From contig CAVSGI010000020.1 of the NCBI GenBank assembly GCA_963727445.1, forward strand, positions 640,001-704,000: 64,000 nucleotides of DNA, in the 5' to 3' direction. Source of the DNA: an uncultured delta proteobacterium. GTDB lineage: Bacteria > Myxococcota_A > Polyangia > Polyangiales > B10-G4. The notes below the pieces were generated by a model, which was given only the letters and a program-made list of their open reading frames with translations, made no database searches and was not told where the DNA came from. The number at the start of each line of letters is the position of its first letter. Positions within the stretch are counted from its first letter, which is position 1. Shown here in pieces: positions 18,978-28,905 of the stretch. The position numbers and the translations under genes are program-made.

Positions 18978-20889
18978 TCAGACCCCGCGGACCATCACTT
19001 CGCTCAGCACGGCATTGAAGGCCGCGGGATCGGGCACCTGTCCCGATTCGGCGAGGTGGGCCTGGCCGAGGAGGAGCTCCGCGTAGAGCCCGAGGCGCGG
19101 ATCGTCGTTCTTCGCTTCGAAGACCGCCTGGAGCTTTTCGATCAGTGGATGGTTCGGGTTGATCTCGAGGATGCGCTTGGTCTTCGGCGGCGTCTGACCC
19201 ATGTGCTCGAGGATCTGCGCCATGCGCGGGCTCAGGTCGTTTTCGTCACCGACCAGGCAGGCCGCCGAAGACGTGAGGCGATTCGACAGGCGCACCTCCT
19301 TGATCTCGTCCTGGAGGTGGACGCGGAAGGCGACGAGCAGGTCGGACAGCTCCTTCTGCTTCTCCTCGAGCGCTTCCGCCGCCTTCTTGCGCTCGTCTTC
19401 GGTGCCCAGCTCGACTTCGCCGCGGCTGATCGAGCGGAGGGGCTTGTCGCCGAACTTGGTGATGCGCTCGAGCCAGAATCTCGTCCACCGCGTCGGAGAA
19501 GAGGAGCACCTCGTAGCCCTTGTCGACGAACTGCTCGAGGAGTGGTGACTTGCGAAGCGACTCGTCCGAGGGGCCGGTGAGGTAATAGATGGCGTTCTGC
19601 CCTTCTTTCATCCGCTCGACGTAATCGGCCAGGGAAGTGGGCTCGGTCGCGTGCGCGGTGCTCGGCGCGAGGACCAGGTCGAGGATCTTGTCCTGCTCCT
19701 TGTGGTCGTAGCCGAGGAGCCCCTCCTTGAGCACCGGCCCGAGCTCCTTCCAGAAGGTGGCGTAGTCCTCTTGCGACTCTTCCTTCATCGAGGCGAGGGT
19801 CCGGAGCACCTGCTTCACCAGGTTCTTTCGAATGATCTGGATCTGGCGGTCCTTCTGGAGGATCTCGCGCGACACGTTCAGCGACAGGTCGTGCGCATCG
19901 ACCACGCCGCGCACGAAGCGCAGGTGTGGCGGCAACAGCTCTTTGCACTCGTCCATCACGAAGACGCGCTTCACGTAGAGCGAGAGACCGCGGCGCATTT
20001 CGGCGTTGTAGAGGTCGAAGGGAGCACGCGCCGGAATGTAGAGGAGGGCGCGCGCCTCGAAGGTGCCCTCCATCCTCACCACGATGTGGCGCAGCGGATC
20101 GGTCCAGTCGTGAGAGACGTGGTGGTAGAACTCCCGATACTCGTCTTCGGTGACCTCGTCCTTCGGTCGGTCCCAGATGGCCTTCATCGAGTTGAGCGTC
20201 TCGTCCTCGAGGACCTTCCCCTCGCTCGCGTCCGCGTCGTCGGCCCACACCGACATGCGGATCGGATAGGAGACGAAGTCGGAGTAGCGCTTCACCACGT
20301 CACTCAGCACGACGTCGTCCGTGAAGTCGCGGATGCCCTGCTCTTCGTCCATCGGCTTGAGGTGGAGGGTGACCGTCGTCCCCTGGCGGGGGCGCGCGCC
20401 TTCCTCGAGGGTGTAGGTGCCGTCTCCGGCGGACTTCCACACGGTGGCCTTCTCCTCGCCCGCCTTGCGCGTGGTGACCTCGACCTCGTCGGCCACCATG
20501 AACGCGGAATAGAAGCCCACACCGAACTGCCCGATCAGCTCTGGTGGCAGCGCGCCACCTTCGCTCTTCTTCAGCGCGCCGAGGAACTCCTTGGTCCCGG
20601 AGCGCGCGATGGTGCCGATGTTCTGGACCACCTCGTCTCGGGTCATGCCGATCCCGTTGTCGACGATGGAGAGGGTCCGCGCTTCACGGTCTCGATCGAG
20701 TCGGATCTCCAGCTCTCCCGGCGTGCGCAGGCTCTCGTCGGTGAGACGGGCGAAGCGCAGCTTGTCGAGGGCGTCGGACGCGTTGGAGATGAGCTCCCTC
20801 AGGAAGACCTCCTTGTTGGAGTAGAGGGAGTGGACCATCAGGTCGAGGAGTTGCTTCACCTCGGCCGTCAGCTCGTGTCGTTCGGTCAT
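18978..20889 (-). CDS. htpG: Molecular chaperone HtpG (Hsp90); frameshift at about 19478
   Basis: 'LYSNKEVFLRELISNASDA', 'DNGIGMT', 'IGQFGVGFYS', 'LNVSREILQ'; C-terminal 'RLTSSAACLV...KRILEINPNHP' after one extra T. Confidence 0.95.
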
Positions 20890-20922
20890 GGCATGGCGAA
20901 ATTAGTTCTGCTGAACCGGCCG

Positions 20923-21627
20923 TCAACCGTCAACGGCCGGCTCCGCCTCCGGGTCGTATCCGAGATAGGCGAGGAGCCGGCGGCCGAGAGGAACGGACAC
21001 GGCGCGCTGGGCTGCGTGGGTCAGCAGGCGGTACACCGCCGTTTCGCGGACGCCTTCGGGCGCCCCCTCGGGGCCGATGTCCGGGAGTGGGACGGTGGCC
21101 TCGAGCACGCCGTTGCCCACGTCTTCGATCGTGAGACCGGGGCTGAGCTCCTCGAGGAGGCGAGCCATCGAGGTGTTCTCGGCCAGCAGCTCGCAGTGGA
21201 AGACCTCGATGCCGCGTTCTCTCGCCGCGGCGGTCAGGTGATGCAGGAGCAACGTCCCGAGGCCGAGCCCCTGGGCGTGATCGATCACCGCCAGCGCCGG
21301 CTCCGCCAGTTCGGGCTGCTCGGCATCGCGGATGAAGCGACCCACGCCGAGGCCCTCCAGGCGGCCGTCGGGGCCCACCCGCGACGCGCCGATGGCGAAG
21401 TGATCCTCGCCGTCGACGTTGGTGAGGTACTCGAGCTCCTTGTCGGTGAGCTTGAGCTTGGTGCTGAAGAAGCGCAGGTAGCGGCTCTCCGGCGACAGGC
21501 CATCGAAGCCGCGCTGCAGGAGCTCCTTGTCCTCGGGCCTGAGCGGACGCAGCAGCACCTCCGTGCCGTCCTTCAACGTCACCGTCTCCGAGTACTCGGG
21601 TCCGTAGTGTCGGCTCTGAACGGACAT
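20923..21627 (-). CDS. GNAT family N-acetyltransferase (acyl-CoA synthetase-associated type)
   Basis: 'LRPLRPED...LSPESRYLRFF', 'AVIDHAQGLGLGTLL', 'LAENTSM'. Confidence 0.88.
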   Translation of the reverse strand: MSVQSRHYGPEYSETVTLKDGTEVLLRPLRPEDKELLQRGFDGLSPESRYLRFFSTKLKLTDKELEYLTNVDGEDHFAIGASRVGPDGRLEGLGVGRFIRDAEQPELAEPALAVIDHAQGLGLGTLLLHHLTAAARERGIEVFHCELLAENTSMARLLEELSPGLTIEDVGNGVLEATVPLPDIGPEGAPEGVRETAVYRLLTHAAQRAVSVPLGRRLLAYLGYDPEAEPAVDG

Positions 21628-21719
21628 CGTCGCGGAGCGTACTCGGCCCACCTTCGATGGTGAAGCCACCTCGGCTCGGGCACTGGCGATTCGGTGCGGC
21701 CCGACCTAGAGACCACGCG

Positions 21720-23153
21720 ATGAGGACCATCGTCTGGTTTCGAGGCAAGGACCTCCGGATCAGCGATCACGCACCGCTGACGAGCGCGCGGGAGGCGGGG
21801 GAGGTCATCCCGCTCTTCGTCCTCGACCCCTACTTCTTCGCTCCCGAGCGGGCGCGCGAGATCCCGCATCGGATCCAGTTCCTCCTGGACTCTCTCGACT
21901 CCCTCGCCCGAAACCTCGAGGCGCGCGGCTCGCGCCTCCTCTTGGTCGGCGGCCGGAGCGTGGACGTCGTCCCGCGCATCGCCGAGAGCCTCGGGGCGGA
22001 CCGGGTCGTGGCAGAGCGGTGGGTCGCGCCCTTCGCGCGCGAGCGCGACCGGCGCATCGCCGATGTCCTCGGTGAGAGGTTCGTCCTTCACGACGGGGAG
22101 ACCTTGCTGCCGCCCGGGACCCTGCGCACCGGCTCTGGCACTCCCTACGCGGTGTTCACGCCCTTCGCGAACGCCTTTCGCGATCGCGCCGAGATCGGCG
22201 CGCCGCTCCCCGCGCCTCGGACGCTCCCGCCCATCCCATCCGACGTCCGCGTCGCCGAGCTCTCCCTCCCGACGCTCGAATCCCTCGGGATCGAACGCAA
22301 CCACGCGATCCTCGAGGGTGGGGAGCGCGCAGCGAAGAGGCGCCTCTCCCGCTTCCTCGACGCGCGGGTGAAGGCCTACGACGTCGATCGCGATCGCATG
22401 GATCGGGACGGCACCAGTCGTCTGAGCGCGGATCTCAAGTTCGGGACGCTCTCCGTTCGCAGCGCGTGGACTGCCGCCGTGAAGAAGGCCGGCAAGACCA
22501 AAGGCGGCGCGTCGTTTCTGAACGAGCTCCTGTGGCGCGAGTTCGCCCACAGCACGCTCTGGGACCGCCCCGAGGTCTCGAGCCAGCCCTACCGGAGCGA
22601 CTTCGAAGGCTTTCCCTGGCGCGAGGACGACGCGGGCTGGCGCGCGTGGGCCCGCGGGAGGACTGGCTATCCCATCGTCGACGCCGCGGCGCGGCAGCTC
22701 CTCTCGGAGGGCTTCGTCCACAACCGCGCGCGGATGATCTCGGCGAGCTTCCTGACGAAGCACCTGATGATCCACTACCAGCGCGGGGAGGCTCACTACA
22801 TGCGCCACCTGACGGATGGCGACTGGGCCTCGAACAACATGGGCTGGCAGTGGGCCGCCGGCTGCGGCTGTGACGCGCAGCCGTACTTCCGTGTCTTCAA
22901 TCCCATGACTCAGGGCGACAAGTTCGATCCGAGCGGCGACTACGTCCGTCGGTGGGTGCCCGAGCTCGCCGCGATGCCCGCGAAGCACATCCACGCTCCC
23001 TGGAACGCGCCAGAGGCGATCCTCGCCGAGGCCGGGGTCGTGCTGGGACGCGACTACCCCCGTCCGATCGTGGACCACGCCGAGGCCCGCGGTCGTTACC
23101 TCGCGGCAGCCACCCATCACCTCAAGAAGGACCAGGCCCGCGAGCCTGAATAG
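21720..23153 (+). CDS. phrB: Deoxyribodipyrimidine photolyase
   Basis: 'VWFRGKDLRISDH', 'TSRLS', 'ELLWREF', 'GRTGYPIVDAAARQL...HNRARM', 'YFRVFNP', 'YPRPIVDH'. Confidence 0.93.
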   Translation: MRTIVWFRGKDLRISDHAPLTSAREAGEVIPLFVLDPYFFAPERAREIPHRIQFLLDSLDSLARNLEARGSRLLLVGGRSVDVVPRIAESLGADRVVAERWVAPFARERDRRIADVLGERFVLHDGETLLPPGTLRTGSGTPYAVFTPFANAFRDRAEIGAPLPAPRTLPPIPSDVRVAELSLPTLESLGIERNHAILEGGERAAKRRLSRFLDARVKAYDVDRDRMDRDGTSRLSADLKFGTLSVRSAWTAAVKKAGKTKGGASFLNELLWREFAHSTLWDRPEVSSQPYRSDFEGFPWREDDAGWRAWARGRTGYPIVDAAARQLLSEGFVHNRARMISASFLTKHLMIHYQRGEAHYMRHLTDGDWASNNMGWQWAAGCGCDAQPYFRVFNPMTQGDKFDPSGDYVRRWVPELAAMPAKHIHAPWNAPEAILAEAGVVLGRDYPRPIVDHAEARGRYLAAATHHLKKDQAREPE

Positions 23154-23185
23154 ACCGATTGGTCAAAAAAGACAGGTCGGTCTAT
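23151..23185. promoter_or_regulatory. Two tandem TAGACC-N4-GGTCTA-like TetR operators
   Basis: TAGACCgattGGTCAA (23151-23166) and AAGACAggtcGGTCTA (23169-23184), directly upstream of the TetR gene. Confidence 0.7.
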
Positions 23186-23194
23186 ATTGAGGCC

Positions 23195-23788
23195 GTGCCC
23201 TACGCGAAGAGCGAGCGAACCCAACGGAAGCTCATCGAGAGCACGGCACGCCTGCTCCGCACGCGGGGCTATGCGGCGACCGGCCTGACCGCCATCGTGG
23301 CCGAGAGCGGGGTGCCGAAAGGGTCGCTCTACCATCACTTCCCCGGTGGCAAGGAAGCGCTGGCGGCCGCGGCGATCAGCCACGCGGGGGACGAGGTGGT
23401 GACCACCCTCGCCCGGATGATCGACGCCGCCGATGACCCGGCCCGCGCCATTCGCGATTACGTGAATCACTGCATCGCGGAGCTCCGGGCCAGCGATTAC
23501 CAACGGGGCTCGCCCCTCGCGACAGTCGCGCTCGAGGCGGCCGCCCACGTCGAGGCCGTTCACGAGGCGTGCAGCGGAGCTTTCGACGACGTGGTGGAGC
23601 TGCTCGCCGGCCGCCTCGAACGAAAGGGAGTGCGTGGGCCCGACGCCGAGAGTGTGGCATTGCTCACGGTTGCGGCCATCGAAGGCGCCCTCGTCCTTTC
23701 GAAGGCCAGTCGCGATTGTCGCGCGCTCGAGGCCGTGCGTGACCAGCTCGTTCGCGGGCTCGAGCGGTCCATCGGCGGCCGCTCTTAA
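23195..23788 (+). CDS. TetR/AcrR family regulator (LmrA/YxaF/NemR-like)
   Basis: 'GYAATGLTAIVAESGVPKGSLYHHFPGGKE', 'GSPLATVALE', 'IEGALVL'. Confidence 0.92.
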   Translation: MPYAKSERTQRKLIESTARLLRTRGYAATGLTAIVAESGVPKGSLYHHFPGGKEALAAAAISHAGDEVVTTLARMIDAADDPARAIRDYVNHCIAELRASDYQRGSPLATVALEAAAHVEAVHEACSGAFDDVVELLAGRLERKGVRGPDAESVALLTVAAIEGALVLSKASRDCRALEAVRDQLVRGLERSIGGRS

Positions 23789-23848
23789 TTGGCGCAGCGC
23801 GCTTCGGAGTCGTTTGCGCCGACCCACAAAGTGGTGGATACCCGACAG

Positions 23849-24505
23849 ATGAGGTTCCCCATCCTCCTCCTGGCGGCGCTCGCCGCCGGGGCGTGTACCG
23901 ATGCGCACGGAGACCACGCCGCCGCTTCACGGCAGGCGCAAGTGGAGCGGTCCTCCGGCGACGAGCCCGCGCACATCGTCTCGCCCGACGAGGGCAACGC
24001 CGCCGAACGTCAGGCGAAGCAGGCGTATCGCGAGCCCGGCTCCACCGAGGTGCAGGCGGTCGATTGGACCGATGCCGCGTCGCATCCGCGCGCCGACATC
24101 TCCTCGCTGTCGGAAGACGCGCGCGTAGCCGTCGAGAGCGCGCCGCTCCCCGTGCTCCTCCCGCGCGATCCCGCCCTGCTGACGGGTGCCGTCATCACGC
24201 GCGGGCCGACCTGGTACGCGGCGTCCCTCCATCCCGCCGGTCACCACATCACGATTCACGGTCGCACGCTCGCAGTGCACCAGCCGGCGCTCGCTGCCGA
24301 GGTCCCGGAGGATCGTCGCCGTCAGCCAGGAGAGACCTCGCTCACCCGCACCGACGGCATCGTCAACGTCGCCTTCGAAGCGTTCGGTGTCTCCTACATG
24401 CTCGACGTCGAGTGCGAGGCGCCCGCCACCGACACGCGCTGCACCGAGGACGATTACGCGGAGTCCCTGGTGCGCGATCTCGGCGTCGCCGGGGGCGCGC
24501 CATGA
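23849..24505 (+). CDS. Hypothetical lipoprotein, coupled to the M23 peptidase gene
   Basis: Lipobox AGAC; 'LPVLLP', 'FEAFGVSYMLDVEC...RC'; ATGA overlap with next gene. Confidence 0.7.
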   Translation: MRFPILLLAALAAGACTDAHGDHAAASRQAQVERSSGDEPAHIVSPDEGNAAERQAKQAYREPGSTEVQAVDWTDAASHPRADISSLSEDARVAVESAPLPVLLPRDPALLTGAVITRGPTWYAASLHPAGHHITIHGRTLAVHQPALAAEVPEDRRRQPGETSLTRTDGIVNVAFEAFGVSYMLDVECEAPATDTRCTEDDYAESLVRDLGVAGGAP

Positions 24506-25857
24506 GCGCTCGCTGCGTCCTCGTTCTCTGTGCGTGGCTCCTCGCCGCGTCGGCGGCGGCGCAAGACTTCACCTACGATCCACCGGGAGTCCTGGTGCCC
24601 GGCAGCGGCGAAGGTCGCGCCGACGACATGGTCTACGTCCCCGGGATGCGCTTCCCGATCGAAGAAGCGCCCGCGTATCCGAACTCGCAGGTGTGGGGCG
24701 TCGGCGGCTCCGAAGGGCCGAGCGGCTCGCAGTGTGACGAGCGCAACTTCTCCTATCCGTGGCACGACAACTTCTGCGAATCGCGGAGCTGGGACATGCC
24801 CCTCTGCCCGGCCGGGACCGGCCATCAGGGACAGGACATCCGCGCTTCGACCTGCGACCGCGACACCCATTGGGCGGTCGCGGCCGAGGATGGCGTGATC
24901 TCCAGCATCGGGAGCTACACGGTCTATCTGACGGCGGATAGTGGCACCCTGCATCGCTACCTGCACATGGAGGTCTCGTCCCTCGCGGTGCGCGAGGGGC
25001 AGCGCGTCGCCCGCGGCGATCACATGGGGCGCGTCTCCAACAACTTCGGCGGCACCGCCACCACCGTGCATCTGCACTTCGACCAGAACCAGTACATCTC
25101 GGGGCTCGGCGCGGTCTTCGTCCCTCCTTACATGTCGTTGGTCGCTGCCTACGAGGAGCTCCTCGGCATGGAGGCCGCGCCGTGCTTCCTCATCCCGGCC
25201 GAGGGCACCACGCTCGACGACGCCGGGCCTTGCTTCCGCCAGTACGGTCCGCCGGACTACTGGCGCGTCGAGGACGGCCCGGGCATCGACGGCAGCACGC
25301 ATTGGACCAACGCCTGGGACGGGGACCATCCGGGCAACTGGGCCCAGTGGCGGCTCTTCTTCGAGACGGCGGGGACCTATCGCGTCGAGGTCGACGTCGT
25401 TCCTCCGTTCAACCTGTCGACGCAGGTGCCCTACCGCGTCAGGCACGCCGGGGAGGAGACCGACGTGGTCGTCGATCAATCGGCGGCGACGGATTGGATC
25501 GAGCTCGGCGTCTTCGATTTCGACGCCGGCGGCGACCAGGTGGTGTCGATCTTCGACAACTCGGGCGAGAGCGCGTCCGACCTGCACATCACCGCTGACG
25601 CCCTTCGGATCACCGCGGTCGGCACCGGCATGCCGGACGCCGGGCTTCCCGACGCGGAGGCCATGCCCGACGCGCACTTCGAGGATGCGGCCGGTCCCGA
25701 CGCGGCCATCGTCATCGGGGCCGAGCCGGAGCCCGAGGACCGCGGTTGCGGATGCGTCGCCGCTGGCGCGACGCGGCGCGACGCGAGGCAGGGCGGCTTC
25801 GCCTTCGGGCTCGTCGCGCTCTTCGGCATCCTGTTGGCGCGGCGCCGGCGCCTATAG
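24502..25857 (+). CDS. M23 family metallopeptidase with golvesin/CBM-like domain and MYXO-CTERM-type tail
   Basis: Signal peptide; HQGQD (HxxxD), YLHM, HLHF (HxH); 'WIELGVFDF...ITADALRI'; tail GCGC...TM...RRRR. Confidence 0.85.
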   Translation: MSARCVLVLCAWLLAASAAAQDFTYDPPGVLVPGSGEGRADDMVYVPGMRFPIEEAPAYPNSQVWGVGGSEGPSGSQCDERNFSYPWHDNFCESRSWDMPLCPAGTGHQGQDIRASTCDRDTHWAVAAEDGVISSIGSYTVYLTADSGTLHRYLHMEVSSLAVREGQRVARGDHMGRVSNNFGGTATTVHLHFDQNQYISGLGAVFVPPYMSLVAAYEELLGMEAAPCFLIPAEGTTLDDAGPCFRQYGPPDYWRVEDGPGIDGSTHWTNAWDGDHPGNWAQWRLFFETAGTYRVEVDVVPPFNLSTQVPYRVRHAGEETDVVVDQSAATDWIELGVFDFDAGGDQVVSIFDNSGESASDLHITADALRITAVGTGMPDAGLPDAEAMPDAHFEDAAGPDAAIVIGAEPEPEDRGCGCVAAGATRRDARQGGFAFGLVALFGILLARRRRL

Positions 25858-26244
25858 CGCTTCCACCGCGCGGGTGAGGCGAGCGCGCACGTCCTTGGCG
25901 AGCTCGGCGAGCTCCGCCCCGCCGAAGGGGCCCATGGCGGCTTCGGGATCGACGGCCGAGACCACGGTCTTGCCAGCATCGCCCTCGTAGACCAGCACGT
26001 TGCAGGGGAGCAGCACGCCGACGTCGAGGTCGGTGCTGAGCGCTTTGTGCGCGATGGGCGGGTTGCACGCGCCGAGGATCTTGTAGCGGCGGAAATCCAC
26101 GTCGAGCTTCTTCTTCAGAGTCTCTTTGACGTCGATCTCGGTCAGGACGCCGAAGCCCTCCTTCTTGAGCTCTTCGGGGAGCTTCGTGAGGACCTCGTCG
26201 TAGCTCAGGTCCACCTCACGCTTGATCGCGGGCATCTTGCTCAT
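25852..26244 (-). CDS. DUF302 domain protein
   Basis: 'GFGVLTEIDVKETLKKKL...YKILGACNP...GVLLPCNV'. Confidence 0.9.
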   Translation of the reverse strand: MSKMPAIKREVDLSYDEVLTKLPEELKKEGFGVLTEIDVKETLKKKLDVDFRRYKILGACNPPIAHKALSTDLDVGVLLPCNVLVYEGDAGKTVVSAVDPEAAMGPFGGAELAELAKDVRARLTRAVEAL

Positions 26245-26350
26245 TGTCGAAACCTCCGGTCGTCATCTATGCGCGGCCGAGGGTAGGTAAAGTGGCAGCA
26301 CCCCGCCAGAGCTCTGCCGCCCGGACCCGAAGCCGCTAGACTGCGGGGAA

Positions 26351-27139
26351 ATGGCCAAAGTCGATCAGCACGCGAACCCCACGCGGGAAGAGCCCCTGAC
26401 CCCGGACGACACCCGAGCGCCCACCCACGCCGAGCGCGCGCGCACCATGGTGTCGCTCCTGGGGACGGGGACGCTCTCGACGTTGGGGGAGGGCGGCTAT
26501 CCCCACGGCTCCTACGTCACCTTCGCGATGCACGGGCCCGATCCGGTGTTCCTGATCAGCAAGCTCGCGACCCACACCCAGAACCTGATGAAGGATCCGC
26601 GCGCATCGCTGATGGCGCACGAGTCGCACGCCGAAGATCCGCTCGCGAACGGGCGCGTCACGCTCCTGGGACCGTGCGTTCGTCTCGAGGACGATGGGGA
26701 AGCGCGCGCCGCATATCTCGCGGTCCAGCCCCAGGCCGAGTACTACGTCGACTTCGCGGACTTCTCTTTCTATCGGCTCACGGTGGAGTCGCTGCGCTAC
26801 ATCGGCGGCTACGGACGGATGAGCTGGGTGGACGTCGCTGATTGGCGTTCCGCCGAGCCCGACCCTCTCGCTGCCCACGCACGAGGCATCCTCGCGCACA
26901 TGAACGAGGACCACGCGGACGCGCTCGTCGCCTACGCCCGCGCCTTCACCCGGGCGACGGACGCCGACTACGCCGTCATGACCGGGGTCGACCGCTACGG
27001 TTTCGAGATGAGCGTCCGCACCGAGCGCGGCATGCGCCCGGCGCGCCTCGCCTTCGACGCCGACATCACCACCCCCGAGGCGGCGCGCAAGGCCCTGGTG
27101 GCGCTGGTGAAGAAGGCCCGCGCGCAGCTGAATCCGTAG
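26351..27139 (+). CDS. HugZ-like pyridoxamine 5'-phosphate oxidase-family protein with DUF2470
   Basis: 'ISKLATHTQNL..DPRASL', 'RVTLLG', 'YIGGYGRMSWV', 'HMNEDHADA', 'GVDRYG'. Confidence 0.85.
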   Translation: MAKVDQHANPTREEPLTPDDTRAPTHAERARTMVSLLGTGTLSTLGEGGYPHGSYVTFAMHGPDPVFLISKLATHTQNLMKDPRASLMAHESHAEDPLANGRVTLLGPCVRLEDDGEARAAYLAVQPQAEYYVDFADFSFYRLTVESLRYIGGYGRMSWVDVADWRSAEPDPLAAHARGILAHMNEDHADALVAYARAFTRATDADYAVMTGVDRYGFEMSVRTERGMRPARLAFDADITTPEAARKALVALVKKARAQLNP

Positions 27140-27152
27140 CGCTGGGCAAGCG

Positions 27153-27821
27153 TCACTCGTCGCCCGCGTCGTCGGTGAGTGATCCGTCAGCCGCGATGCG
27201 GTACGCGTGCGTGGCGGCGTCCTCCCCCTCTTCGCCGGTACTGGTGGTGATGCGAACAGAAACGCTCCCATCGTCGTGGGACGCGGTCTGAGGAAATCCA
27301 TCGGACGCCTCGAACGCGTGAAGGACCTCACCCACGACGGTCATCGCGATCAGTCGCTTGTGACGTGGGTCTGCCTCCGCGAAGGCCGGCTCTGCCAGGA
27401 TGGCCTCCGCGGCAGCGCGCGCCTCTCGATGAAACACCTGGCCCACGAAGACGCCGAGCAGATGGCACCCGTCGTCGAACTCGCCCACGACGACCACGTC
27501 CTGTGTGTACACGGGCCGGGTGAGGCAGCGAGCGGCGTGATGATCGCCGATCGTGCTCGGATCGCCCCCGGTCTCCGCGGTGGCGCGCCGCAAGACAGCG
27601 ATGTCGTCCGTGAGATCGATCGCCTCGGCCGCTTCCTCGCTCACCTCGGGGGCCGTGGTCTCGGTCGCCCCCTCGGCCTCCACCTCGCCGCCGCCTGATT
27701 CGGCCTCGGGTGGGGCGCTCTCTGCGGCGTGCTCGGTGGGAGGTCCATCGCACGCGCTGAGACAGGTGAACAGGACGAGAGGAAGGACGAGGGGCTTCGG
27801 CGCGACAATGGGGCGGATCAT
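27153..27821 (-). CDS. Hypothetical lipoprotein
   Basis: Lipobox LSAC, acidic linker, globular domain; 3' part of ORF 27153..28715. Confidence 0.55.
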   Translation of the reverse strand: MIRPIVAPKPLVLPLVLFTCLSACDGPPTEHAAESAPPEAESGGGEVEAEGATETTAPEVSEEAAEAIDLTDDIAVLRRATAETGGDPSTIGDHHAARCLTRPVYTQDVVVVGEFDDGCHLLGVFVGQVFHREARAAAEAILAEPAFAEADPRHKRLIAMTVVGEVLHAFEASDGFPQTASHDDGSVSVRITTSTGEEGEDAATHAYRIAADGSLTDDAGDE

Positions 27822-27848
27822 ACGCGCCGAGCTTAGTACAATCCCCGC

Positions 27849-28772
27849 GTGTCGCGCCTCGACGATGCGGAGTCCCGCGCGCAGATCGGAGCCCTTCTGC
27901 GTACGCCCCCCGCGGGGGCCGCGGCCCTCTGTCTCGAGCGCTACATGAAGATCCCGCCGTCCGGGATCGGAGGCGAGATCCTCGACCAGCTCCTGGTGGA
28001 CGACGACACGCCGTCGGCCCGCGAGCGACCGGGGCGGCGTGTGGTCTGGCGCGATGCATCGGGCCGAGAGCTCTCGGCCGTCGATGTTCACCCGATCAAG
28101 CGCGACTTCGAATCGTCGCTCTTGCCCCATGCCATCGCGGCCATCGCGGGCAGAGATCTCCGCCTCTTGGTCTACTGCGAGGTGCCGACCCTCACCGACC
28201 CGCCGCGCGAAGTCGAGCGTTTCGACGGCCAGGCGCTCCTCCGACCGACCGCTGAGGAGAGCGCCTCTCGGGAAGTGCTCGCCCGCCACGGCTACACCGT
28301 CGAGGTGCGCGACGGCGCAACCGAGATCTCCTGGAGCCAGAAGCTTCCTCCGCCGGGGCGCATGATGATCTTCTTCCTGCCTCTGATCCTTCCGATCATC
28401 ATCCCCCTCCTTCCCCTCGCGCTGGTGAGCCGCGAGATCCGCGAGCTGATCACGACGCTCTTCCGCAAGATGTTCCGCAGCGAGCAACATCGCTTCTCGC
28501 TGCGGATCACGCCCGACCGCATCGAAATGCGCTACGAGGCGAGCGGCCAGGCTCCGCAGGTGGCCGACGTCGCCATCCGGGACGTGCGCGCCGTGAGCTT
28601 CGCCCCGCGGCGGAGCCAGCTCAGACCGGATGCGCGGGGTCTGCTCCGATTGATCACTGGCGACCGCGTCTTCGCGGTCGACCACGCGCCGACGACGATC
28701 GAGACCGACCGGCACTTCGCGATCGGCGAGGCGCTCGCCAATCTCCTTCGCCAGGCGTGCGTGAGCCGCTAG
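27849..28772 (+). CDS. Hypothetical membrane protein
   Basis: 307-aa ORF with one strong hydrophobic segment (MMIFFLPLILPIIIPLLPLALV) and normal codon bias. Confidence 0.6.
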   Translation: MSRLDDAESRAQIGALLRTPPAGAAALCLERYMKIPPSGIGGEILDQLLVDDDTPSARERPGRRVVWRDASGRELSAVDVHPIKRDFESSLLPHAIAAIAGRDLRLLVYCEVPTLTDPPREVERFDGQALLRPTAEESASREVLARHGYTVEVRDGATEISWSQKLPPPGRMMIFFLPLILPIIIPLLPLALVSREIRELITTLFRKMFRSEQHRFSLRITPDRIEMRYEASGQAPQVADVAIRDVRAVSFAPRRSQLRPDARGLLRLITGDRVFAVDHAPTTIETDRHFAIGEALANLLRQACVSR

Positions 28773-28861
28773 TCACTAGCTGGCGTGCAGCCGATCTCAC
28801 GGGCTGTGCAGGTGCTTGCACGCTTCGGGTGCCGGGCCGCGGGAGCGCCGGGAAAACACGG

Positions 28862-28876
28862 TGGCATGCAGATTGC
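28862..28876 (+). promoter_or_regulatory. Sigma54 (-24/-12) promoter
   Basis: TGGCATGCAGATTGC = TGGC-N7-TTGC with exact GG-N10-GC spacing, 29 nt before ATG 28906. Confidence 0.75.
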
Positions 28877-28905
28877 CAATCCTCCGTGAAAAGGAGGAGG
28901 ACATC

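Noticed and set aside
19470..19485. Programmed ribosomal frameshifting in htpG and the other broken genes
   Set aside because: No slippery heptamer or shared signal; single-base indels in unrelated genes are better explained as sequence errors.
20895..20940. CIRCE or HAIR heat-shock operator upstream of htpG
   Set aside because: Neither consensus is present; only a weak TTGACG-N16-TAATTT and an 8-bp GC dyad, too little to call.
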